From Phyllobates terribilis (Eukaryota): a DNA stretch of 64,000 nt. The position numbers and the translations under genes are program-made. Shown here piece after piece: positions 37,156 through 47,118 of this stretch. Within the stretch, counting starts at the first letter, position 1; every line of letters begins with the position of its first letter. Location: contig NW_027362762.1 in the NCBI RefSeq assembly GCF_046119375.1, positions 147,498,001-147,562,000 on the forward strand. The letters run 5' to 3'. The notes below the pieces were generated by a model. It worked only from the letters and a program-made list of their open reading frames with translations, was not told where the DNA came from and made no database searches.

Positions 37156-38720
37156 ATGTCCACCCCTGCACAAAGCAGTGTGACTAATGTAAAAGACTGG
37201 AACGATACTAATAAAGGGTAAATGATAACAGAACTGTTAGTTTGTGGATACTAGTCACTCCGACCTCCAGAATAAAAATCCTAATGTTGTCCAGCTGCTT
37301 TTTAGAGGGTACTTCAATGGATCACTTTCTGATTTGAGAATTGTAATTGCTATTAAGAATTTGTTTAGCCGGATTTCATCCCCAAGCTATGCATGTGCAT
37401 CATTCACAGAAAAGTCCAGCAATACTTTGCATTTCTCAGGAACAGACTGACTATGTAGTGTTTGAATATATATGCAAAATGCTTTAGTCGGGGGCAATCT
37501 CTCCTCAAGCCTCTTGTCACTTAGTTGCAAACAAGTAGAAGATGATGAGTTTACCACTTTGTTGTAAAATCAAATCCTGGAACCACATCAGTGGGTGCTG
37601 AATCCTGCTGGTGATCAGCAAACTATGAAATATATATATTTTTTAAGCAAAACTATTAGTAATATCATTAAAAATGTATTAGTAATTCATTAAACAGCAT
37701 TCTACATGAATAGAGAACTGAGATCACCTTGAGCTCTATTACCTGTCCAGTGATGCTTTCTCCTGCCTGACAGCTTATGTGCCGTGGTGTTGGGGCGAGG
37801 CTCTAGCTGCGTTTTAAGATCGTTCTTTAAGCATGCCTAAATAATAAGGTGCTAGTTGCACCCTTGGTATGGCTGGGTAGTTCGGTGCACTTTTCCCACC
37901 TACTTGTTTTTCATTTACTCTCCTCTGGCTCCTGTAAAACCAGTAATGTCAATCAAGGAAGAGGAGATTGTAAACAGCCCACATAAAGCATGTTTGTTTT
38001 TTGTTTTTTTACACAAGCTTTTAGTTCAAAGTAGCCTAACAAAGGCATATTGTTGGTTTTTGGCAAAGTAGTAATTTGGTAAAGTAGCTGACGGTGCCCT
38101 TTTAAAGGGAATGTGTCCACCCCCCTGGGCGATATCAGACCTCTCCTATGGACATACAGGTGATAGAAAAGTAAATCTATACTTACCTGTATGGCCATAG
38201 TAGGGGTCTGATTGCAGAGAAATCTGGTTTTATAAAGTCTGCTTTCCAGAGGCTTGGTGCCCGTGCGACGCCAAGCAAACCCCTCCAATCTGCTTACTAT
38301 TCCCCTAAATCGCCGCCTCTGTGCTAAATTACCATATCCCTCCCCCTCCCCTGCACGGCACAGGGTCCTGTGACTGCCCTGTGACAGGCCCTGCTCTGCC
38401 TACCCTGTATGGCCATAGTAGAGGTCTGATATAGAGATTCCCTTCAACCTCCACCCACAGCGGGCCAATAGTTGAACAGCTGTGTAACAAAGTGATGGGT
38501 TTTTAGCCCAAAAGGGAAGACTTTCAGATTGTTGTAACTTATTCTTAGCATAGTGCCCAAAGGCCTGATCATAATGGTTTGCTTAATGAAGTGACTGATT
38601 TGGAATCAGAGTAACTATCCAAGATGCTTCATTAAGAGAGCACACTGAAGGAAATGTGCACATGATGTCTTAAAATCGTGATCTTCTAGAAGGACAGGTA
38701 AGGGTCTCACTAAATGCTGA
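36815..38720 (+). repeat. Segmental duplication copy 2 (MITE right end + block A)
   Basis: Collinear with 1-1609 and 51419-53335. Confidence 0.95.
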
Positions 38721-41700
38721 AATGGCGGCCTGCTGTGCACTGGTGCCACAGAACCCAGAAGGGTGCATGGATGTACTTCTCCACAAGAGGCCCTCACACA
38801 TTCACACACCTCCACCCTACCACCTCAGACCAGCAGAGGGAGCCCGTTAGGGATATATAAAGGGAGGGTGGAGCCAGGCAGCTCAGTCAGAAGTTAGTTA
38901 GTCTCTCAGACACAGAGAGGGACAGAGCTCAGAGTTGAGCAGAGAGCGTGCTGACGCTCAGAGAGCAGCAAGCTGGCTGCTGTGCTTAGTCGAGCCAAGG
39001 CCTACAGCACGTGTGAAGGCCTAGTGAGGGCCCTGAGTGTGGCCGAAGGCGAGAGGAGAAGGAAGAAGTAGCGAGGGGGTAGAGGAGCATACCAGGCTCA
39101 CCCTGATATATATACCGGACACCGGGTCCGCGCCTACGGGGACCCTTTATACCAGTAGGGACCACCGGAACCCCTGGAGGACTACAGGTCCCAGGTTCAC
39201 CAAATGCTGATTGCAGTACTAGGGCTAGGAGTCACGGAGGCCCCAGCGACCAGGGAGAGTGATCTCCAAGAAAAGTCCCTACCACCAAGTCAGCAGGTGC
39301 AAAGAGAGACAGTAACCAAGCTAGGCCTAGCTCCAGGCAGGTCAGAAGCTTAGCGAGTAAAGCCACGGATCAGGAGGCCCTATACCCGCTCACTGGGGAG
39401 AGTCCAAAAGTGCGCCCTTCGTCCGGAGTACCCTGAACCGTGCCTGCACCATCACCAATAAAGGTACTGAAGCTTAGCCCCGTGTGAGTGTGCGTCTTTT
39501 TTCCGGGACCGTCCTGTCGTCTCTCCCCCGCATCCACCATCTATCCCTACACTGCCCTAGGGCTAGCTCTACCTGTGGAGAGCCATACTATCCCTGCTGC
39601 CGTAACACCAGCTCCAGAGGACTGCTCCGCAGCGGCGGCACCCTTTTGCCGCTTTCCACAGGTGGCGTCACGAACTTTCCAAATCCCCAATAGATAATTT
39701 CCCCTTTATACTGACCGCCCTGGGTCACGGACCGGGCCAGCCACCGAGATATACCCCACCGGCATATGCAGAGGCCCGGCTGCCGAGTACCCCACGGCCC
39801 AGGGGGCGCGTTAGCCTTGGCGTCACGAACAGAATTCTGTGCCCGTTGCCACTGGGTACTGTGCGCCTTAAAAGACTGTAATACTCACTGTGGTGAAGGT
39901 TTCCCGCCATTCCCGAGATTTCTCGCCATTGTCCGCCATCTTCCTGTCACCGTGCGGGAAGAAGAGGGGCGTAACCGCGGGAATCGGAGAGGCGTAAACG
40001 CTGGAAGCGCGCAAAGCCCAGGACACGCCCCGCCCCTGACGTCGAATCAGAAAGTGTCAGGTCCTGGAAGGAGCCCAGAGGACGCTCTGACGTCAGACAC
40101 GAGCGACGCAAGGTCCTGGAAGAAGACCGTCGCCCGCGGAGCTGCGGCCTACCTGATAAGCAGTGAAGAAGGAAGGCTCCAGTTCACTAGGGGGGCGCAA
40201 CCATGGCCGACGACCAGCGAGCCACCGGAGCACCGGCTAACGCTCCTGATGCCCAACCCGCGCCCGGCGCTGCACAGGCCGGAGCGGTTTCTCCACCAGC
40301 AGGGGTCATGACCCCATTGATACCCATGGCCCTGCAGTATATCCCTGGAGTGAAGTGGCTTCCCTAGTAAAATGGCAAACCAGACACCCTGTCTGGATTC
40401 AAGAGAAAAATATGTGGTGTACTAGACATGTATTCTATGACCGGTAAACAGAGAGCTGCTGTTGTGCTGGGACAATTGACTGGTGCTGCAGAGTGGGAAG
40501 TTGAAACCTGGCCAGCCGCAGACCAGGAATCAGTATCCATCATCTTTAAGAGACTGCAAACTGTGTTTGAAAACTGCACTGAGACGGATCTTCGGATGAG
40601 GTTCTACCACTGTGTCCAGAAACCTGAGGACAGTATCCGGGACTACGCCTGGCGCGTACAGGAAGCCCTGCGGGCCCTGAAACAGGTTAGTCCAGCCAGC
40701 ATGCAAAATGAAAATAAAATGCTGACGGATCAAGGCCCTGCCTTTGAAACCGAGCTGTTCAAAGAGTTTTGCCATTTGTACGGGTGTAAGAAGATCCGGA
40801 CTACACCGTACCACCCCCAAACCTATGGGTTATGTGAAAAGATGAATAACATAGTCATCGACCTGTTGAAGACCTTACCTCTCGAAGAAAGAAACCAATG
40901 GCCGGACAAACTACCTGACCTGGTAGATTTGTACAATCACATACCTGTGAGTTCCACCAATTGTACTCCAGCGTACCTCATGAGAGCAAGACCTGGAAAG
41001 TTGCCCATGGACCTGGAGCTTGGAGTGGTCGAGCCAGAAGCAGATATGTCCACTGAAGACTGGGATGCGACTTGACAGGAACAGTACAAGAGAGTACAAG
41101 CCTGTGTCGAAGACAGTCTAAGTAGGGTGAGAGATAAGCAGGAAGCACAGAACAACAAGAGTGCACCAGCTGAACCCTTGACACCTGGAGAAGTTGTGCT
41201 GAAACGAAAGAGAAGAAGCCACAAGCTTGACGACCAGTGGGAAAGGGAACCTTACACTGTGTTGAATTCCAGATTCGACGATAGGAAAATCTGCCTAATT
41301 AGCAAAGACGGAGAAAGAACAACTGCAACAGTATCAAGAGACCATCTGAAGTTGTGCCCAAGTCCGCTAAAGCCCCAGGAGGAAGTGCCTCTCACCATAC
41401 CGGAGGAGCCTAAAGAAGAAGTACTCCATACTGACTTAGGAGATTTCCCGGCAGATTGGCCTCAACTGGATGGAGCGGTAATAATACCTGTGCTACACTT
41501 CTACCAACAGCCAGAAGACTCTCCACTGCAAGTAAGACCTGTAAGTGCCCCGGAAGAGCCTGCTCAGGAAGAATCCCCGGAAGAAGGATCACCGGTAGAA
41601 GCAGAGCCAGTAGGCCCAGTAACCAGTGTATTTGCCTGTCCCGTAGAGAGGTTAAGGCAGTCTTGCAGTCCATCAACACATAGAGCGGAAAATAGCGCAA

Positions 41701-42760
41701 GCATCCACACTACATGCATTCCAGTACTACGTAGGTGTAACGGGTCTGGGAGGCGGAACCTCTGAGCTACTATACAAGGGGGCGGTCCTTGTAAGGGAGC
41801 GGGTGGCGACCAGGGAAGACGGGCAGGCAGTCACAGCAGGTGACCGGGACAGTCTCAGGGTGAACGGGCAGGAGGTCACGGCAAGTGACCGGGGCAGTCT
41901 CTGGATGAACAGGCTGGAGGTCACGGCAAGTGACCGGGGCAGTCTCTGGATGAACGGGCTGGAGGTCACGGCAAGTGACCGGGGCAGTCTCTGGATGAAC
42001 GGGCTGGAGGTCACGGCAAGTGACCGGGGCAGTCTCTGGGTAAAGGGTAGGTACGACCTGTGATGGCTGAACCTCCAGGTAGGCTAGCAGGCAGATGGAA
42101 GATGTGTGCTCCCAGGTGAGCAAGCGAGAGTCTCTGGATGAACGGGTGGTCACAGCATGTGACGGCGGATCCTCCAGGTAGGCAAACAGGCAGGTAGCGG
42201 AGGAGCGCTCCCAGGTGAGCGGGCAGGAGTCTCTGGAATAGCAGGTGGTCACAGCACGTGACGGCGGAGCCTCCAGGTAGGCAAGCAGGCAGGTAGCGGA
42301 GGAGCGCTCCCAGGTGAGCGGGCAAGAGTCTCTGGAATAGCAGATGGTCACAGCACGTGACGGCGGAGCCTCCAGGTAGGCTAGCAGGCAGGTAGCAGAT
42401 GTGCGCTCCCAGGTGAGCGGCCAAGCTGGTCCATAGACAGACTGACAGGAGTAGGAAGGCAGACCGTCGGACCTCAGGCTAGCAAGCAGGTAGCAGGAAT
42501 ATCAGGCAGGAAACAGACAGCAAACTGGCAGGACTCTGGCAGGAATCAGGCAGGTAACAGACAGCAAACTGGCAGGACTCTGGCAGGAATCAGGCAGGTA
42601 ACTGACAGGTAACTGGCAACGGGACCTGAGGGCTGAAGCAGAGTAGTGAACAGTGCAACAACATTGCTCGGGCACCTCCATTTTGGAGGAGGTGCCTTAT
42701 ATATGGTGAAGTCCTCCGGCCATTGGCCGGGAACTCCTTAGGACGGCGCGCGCGGCCCCT

Positions 42761-45700
42761 TTAAGAGGGAGGGAGCAAGCGCGCGCGTGCTCTAAGCACA
42801 GTGGCCGGGAAGGAGCGCGCACTGCCAGCAGAGCGGGAGGAGGACGCCGGGCTCGGAGCAGAGAGGTGAGGGGAACAGCGTCCCTGCCTAGCAGAGGGCA
42901 GGAACGCCGACGCTACAGTACCCCCCCCTTTAGGCCCCCCCTTTTTTAGGCCAGACAGAAATTTAGCTAGGATGAGAGGGGCATGGATGTTCTCCCGGGG
43001 CTCCCATGTTCTCTCCTCAGGACCAAACCCCTTCCAATCTACTAGAAAAAAGGTCTTCCCTCTTACCCTTTTGGTGGCCAGAATGTTCTCTACCTCAAAT
43101 TCGTTTTCAGCGGAAACCGGAGCAGGAGGCGTGCCTGTAGACTTGGAAAAAGAGTTAAGTACCACGGGTTTGAGGAGAGATACATGGAAGGAGTTAGGGA
43201 TCCGCAAATTGGCCGGGAGTTTCAATTTATAGGCCACCGGGTTGATCTGACTGATGACCTCCAGAGGACCGATGAACCGAGGCCCTAACTTATAGGAAGG
43301 AATCTTGAGCCGGACATACTTGGACGAGAGCCAGACCTTATCCCCAGGACGGAATTGAGGAGGATCCAGACGTTTTTTGTCAGCATGTCTTTTCATACGT
43401 TCGAATGACAGAAGGAGTGCGGACCGGGTACTCTCCCATATGGAGGAAAATTTGTTAACAAGAGATTCCGCAGCCGGATTGTCCACCGAGGTGGAGACGG
43501 GAAACGGGATCCGAGGATGCTGACCGAAGACTACAAAAAACGGGGATTTGGAGGAAGATTCGCTCTCGTGATTGTTGTACGAGAATTCAGCCCATGGCAG
43601 GAGATCCACCCAGTCAGAATGGTGGGCATTAATGAAGTGCCGGAGGTAACTGGTCAGGATCTGATTGATCCGCTCCACTTGACCATTAGACTGTGGGTGG
43701 TAAGCGGAGGAGAAGTCCAGGGTGACGTCTAGCAATTTACAAGTGGCTCTCCAGAAACGAGAAGTGAACTGTACCCCACGATCCGACACGATGTGACGGG
43801 GCAGGCCATGAAGACGGAAGATGTGGCGGATAAAGTCTTTAGCCAGCTCGGGTGCAGACGGGAGGCCTGGCAGGGGAATGAAGTGAGCCATCTTGGAAAA
43901 GCGGTCAGCGACCACCCAAATGACCGTACAATCGGCAGAGACGGGAAGATCAGTTATGAAGTCCATCGCTATATGCTGCCAGGGGGCAGCAGGTACTGGC
44001 AGAGGAAGGAGGCGACCGGCTGGCAGGTGTCTCGGAACTTTGTTGCGGGCGCAGGACACACAGGCAGAAACAAAGTCTATTACATCCTTGTGCAGGTTAG
44101 ACCACCAGTAGTGCCGGGTAATAAGCTGGAGGGTCTTTTTCTGACCGGCGTGGCCAGCTAGTTTAGACGAATGACCCCAGTGTAGGATCTTCTCCCGATC
44201 AGGTACCGATACGAACGTCTTACCGGGAGGGAGACGATTTAGACTCACGGGAGCCACCTGCATTACTCTGGCGGGATCGATGATATGTTTAGGTTCTTCC
44301 TCGAGGTCAGATACCAGAAAGGATCGGGACAAGGTGTCCGCTTTGATGTTCTTGTCAGCCGGGCGAAAATGTAGAACAAAATCAAAGCGAGCAAAAAACA
44401 AGGACCACCGGGCTTGGCGCGGGTTAAGTCTCTGGGCATGCTGGAGATAAGCCAAGTTCTTGTGGTCAGTGTAAATTATTACCGGATGAAGAGCCCCCTC
44501 GAGCAGGTAACGCCACTCCTCCAATGCCAGCTTGATGGCCAATAACTCTCGGTCTCCTATGGAATAATTGCGCTCAGAAGAGGAGAAGAGTTTGGAGAAG
44601 AAGCCGCAAGTTACCATCCTCCCGGAAGATGATTTTTGAGTAAGTACAGCTCCGGCTCCAGAGGAGGAGGCGTCAACCTCCAGGAAGAACTGCTTGTTGC
44701 CATCCGGACGATGCAGCACCGGGGCGGAAGAGAAGGCCTGTTTTAAGGAAAGAAAGGCCTCCTCTGCTTCGGACGGCCACTCCTTGGGATTAGTACCCTT
44801 ACGGGTGAGCGCGGAAATTGGGGCAGTCCGGGAAGAGAAGTGTGGTATGAAGAGGCGGTAGTAGTTGGCGAAGCCCAGGAACCGCTGAATGGCCTTCAAC
44901 CCCTCCGGTCGGGGCCATTTCTCGATGGCAGACAGTTTCTCTGGATCCATTCGTAGGCCGGTCTGAGAAATAATGTAGCCCAAAAACGGAAGCGAGGTCT
45001 GCTCAAAGAGGCACTTCTCATATTTAGCGAAGAGGTGATTCTGCCTGAGCCTGAGCAGGACCTGACGAACGTCCCTCCGGTGAGTCTGGAGATCCGGAGA
45101 GAAGACCAAGATGTTGTCCAGGTACACCACAACGCAGGAGTAGAGAAGGTCCCGGAAGATGTCATTGACCAACTCTTGAAAGACGGCAGGAGCGTTACAG
45201 AGACCAAAGGGCATTACCAGATATTCATAGTGGCCGTCCCGGGTGTTGAATGCAGTCTTCCATTCATCCCCTTGACGGATACGGACCAGGTTGTACGCCC
45301 CACGGAGGTCCAGTTTGGTGAAGACTCTAGCCCCCCTCAGGCGATCAAATAATTCTGGAATGAGCGGAAGGGGGTACTTATTCTTCACCGTGATCTGGTT
45401 AAGGCCTCTATAGTCTATACAGGGACGGAGAGAGCCGTCCTTCTTTTTTACGAAGAAGAAGCCTGCTCCCGCCGGGGAGGTAGATTTCCGGATGAATCCC
45501 CTGGCCAAATTCTCCTCAATATATTCGGACATCGACCGGGTCTCAGCAGCGGACAATGGGTAAATACGCCCACGGGGAGGAGTAGTACCGGGTAACAGGT
45601 CGATAGGACAGTCGTATGGTCTATGAGGGGGTAATGTCTCTGCCTCCTTTTTATTAAAGACATCAGCAAATGACCAATAGGGAATCGGAAGTCCAGGTAG

Positions 45701-46186
45701 ATTAGTTGGGGTAGGAGAAGGACGGACGGGATGAACAGGAACCAAACAAGTCTTATGACAGTCCTGTCCCCAGCGAAGGACTTCTCCGGTCTGCCAGTCA
45801 AGCACGGGTGCATGTCTCTGGAGCCAAGGTAGACCTAGTAAGAGGGCGTGAGAGAGTCCAGGCAGAACATGAAAAGAGATGCTCTCAGAATGCAGCATTC
45901 CCACCTGCAGAGTTATAGATTCGGTGATGAGTTGGATGGGACGTGGTAAGAGGCCCCCATCCACAGCAGCGACAGATAATGGTACAGCCAGAGGTTTGGT
46001 GGGAATGCGGTATTTTTCTACCAGGGACTGTGAAATAAGATTCCCGGCTGCTCCAGAGTCAAGTTGGGCTAGTTCGAAATAACGATTCTCCCCGCAGATA
46101 ATAGAGACTGACAGTAGCAGAGATGGAGAGGATTTATTCTTGTCTAGGTCGACCTCTCTGAGCGAACCTAGACACAGGCGTTTCCC
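42761..46186 (-). CDS. pol: Pol (protease, RT with YLDN, RNase H, integrase, chromodomain) reached by -1 frameshift
   Basis: -1 frame from GGGAAAC reads GKRLCLG...AQLDSGAAGNL into the 1067-aa ORF; FTKLDLRGAY; VDASSSGAGAVL; MDFITDL/SDRGVQF/GQVER; FLVDWKGFGPEERTWEP. Confidence 0.93.
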   Translation of the reverse strand, partial: GKRLCLGSLREVDLDKNKSSPSLLLSVSIICGENRYFELAQLDSGAAGNLISQSLVEKYRIPTKPLAVPLSVAAVDGGLLPRPIQLITESITLQVGMLHSESISFHVLPGLSHALLLGLPWLQRHAPVLDWQTGEVLRWGQDCHKTCLVPVHPVRPSPTPTNLPGLPIPYWSFADVFNKKEAETLPPHRPYDCPIDLLPGTTPPRGRIYPLSAAETRSMSEYIEENLARGFIRKSTSPAGAGFFFVKKKDGSLRPCIDYRGLNQITVKNKYPLPLIPELFDRLRGARVFTKLDLRGAYNLVRIRQGDEWKTAFNTRDGHYEYLVMPFGLCNAPAVFQELVNDIFRDLLYSCVVVYLDNILVFSPDLQTHRRDVRQVLLRLRQNHLFAKYEKCLFEQTSLPFLGYIISQTGLRMDPEKLSAIEKWPRPEGLKAIQRFLGFANYYRLFIPHFSSRTAPISALTRKGTNPKEWPSEAEEAFLSLKQAFSSAPVLHRPDGNKQFFLEVDASSSGAGAVLTQKSSSGRMVTCGFFSKLFSSSERNYSIGDRELLAIKLALEEWRYLLEGALHPVIIYTDHKNLAYLQHAQRLNPRQARWSLFFARFDFVLHFRPADKNIKADTLSRSFLVSDLEEEPKHIIDPARVMQVAPVSLNRLPPGKTFVSVPDREKILHWGHSSKLAGHAGQKKTLQLITRHYWWSNLHKDVIDFVSACVSCARNKVPRHLPAGRLLPLPVPAAPWQHIAMDFITDLPVSADCTVIWVVADRFSKMAHFIPLPGLPSAPELAKDFIRHIFRLHGLPRHIVSDRGVQFTSRFWRATCKLLDVTLDFSSAYHPQSNGQVERINQILTSYLRHFINAHHSDWVDLLPWAEFSYNNHESESSSKSPFFVVFGQHPRIPFPVSTSVDNPAAESLVNKFSSIWESTRSALLLSFERMKRHADKKRLDPPQFRPGDKVWLSSKYVRLKIPSYKLGPRFIGPLEVISQINPVAYKLKLPANLRIPNSFHVSLLKPVVLNSFSKSTGTPPAPVSAENEFEVENILATKRVRGKTFFLVDWKGFGPEERTWEPRENIHAPLILAKFLSGLKKGGPKGGGTVASAFLPSARQGRCSPHLSAPSPASSSRSAGSARSFPATVLRARARLLPPS

Positions 46187-47118
46187 GACCTCTCCGGGCA
46201 GGTACGGATCCGGTGCTCCTTACTGCCACAGTAGAAGCAGCTCCCTTCGGCACGGCGTAAGTCCTGACGGGTTTTGACCATCTTGGTCTGGTCGACCTGC
46301 ATAGGCTCAGGAGAGTGTACCTGGGGAGAAACGGAGGGAGTGACGGGTTTCTGAAAAGTAGGAGCTAGACGTGGAAACCTCCTCTCACGGTTGACCTCTT
46401 TGGCACGCTCCTGGAACCGTAGGTCAATCCGGGTGGCAAGAGTTATTAAGTCATCGAGAGTGGTAGGGATGTCCCGACCGGCGAGTTCATCTTTAATACG
46501 GCCGGACAGACCCTCCCAGAAGACAGATACCAGAGCGTCGTTATCCCAAGCCAGCTCCGAGGCAAGGGTACGGAACCGTATGGCATATTGGCCCACGGTG
46601 AGATTTCCCTGGTGGAGGCGTAGCAGAGATGATGCGGATGAGGTCTTCCGTCCGGGTTCGTCGAAGACTTTCCGGAAAGCCGTGAGAAAGGCAGGCAAGT
46701 CGGACACCAGGGGGTCTCCTCTCTCCCATAGAGGATTTAGCCAGGCCAGGGCCTCCCCGGTGAGATGGGACATGATGAAGGCAATTTTGGCCCGGTCGGA
46801 GTTAAACTGGTGGGACAGGAGTTCAAAGTGCAGGGTGCACTGATTTATGAAGCCCCGAGCCTGAGCGGAGTCGCCTCCGAAGCGAGGAGGTGCAGAAAGC
46901 CGGGGTCCGGGGTAGGATACCATGGTATTGGTGGGCAGCGGAGCTGCCGGGTTGCGAGTCATGGCACTGGCGGTGGTTGCTGGTGGGGCAGTCAGAGTGT
47001 CCAGGCGAGAATTGACATTCCGCAGGTGACCCAGGATGGACTCCTGTTGGGACCTCTGACGGGACAGTTCATGACAGAGGTCCGAGAGCGAGGGAGCTTG
47101 GGTGCCACCGGGTTCCAT
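46168..47118 (-). CDS. gag: Gag (316 aa) with CCHC knuckle
   Basis: PRFGGDSAQARGFINQC, EPMQVD, CFYCGSKEHRIRTC. Confidence 0.93.
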   Translation of the reverse strand: MEPGGTQAPSLSDLCHELSRQRSQQESILGHLRNVNSRLDTLTAPPATTASAMTRNPAAPLPTNTMVSYPGPRLSAPPRFGGDSAQARGFINQCTLHFELLSHQFNSDRAKIAFIMSHLTGEALAWLNPLWERGDPLVSDLPAFLTAFRKVFDEPGRKTSSASSLLRLHQGNLTVGQYAIRFRTLASELAWDNDALVSVFWEGLSGRIKDELAGRDIPTTLDDLITLATRIDLRFQERAKEVNRERRFPRLAPTFQKPVTPSVSPQVHSPEPMQVDQTKMVKTRQDLRRAEGSCFYCGSKEHRIRTCPERSGNACV

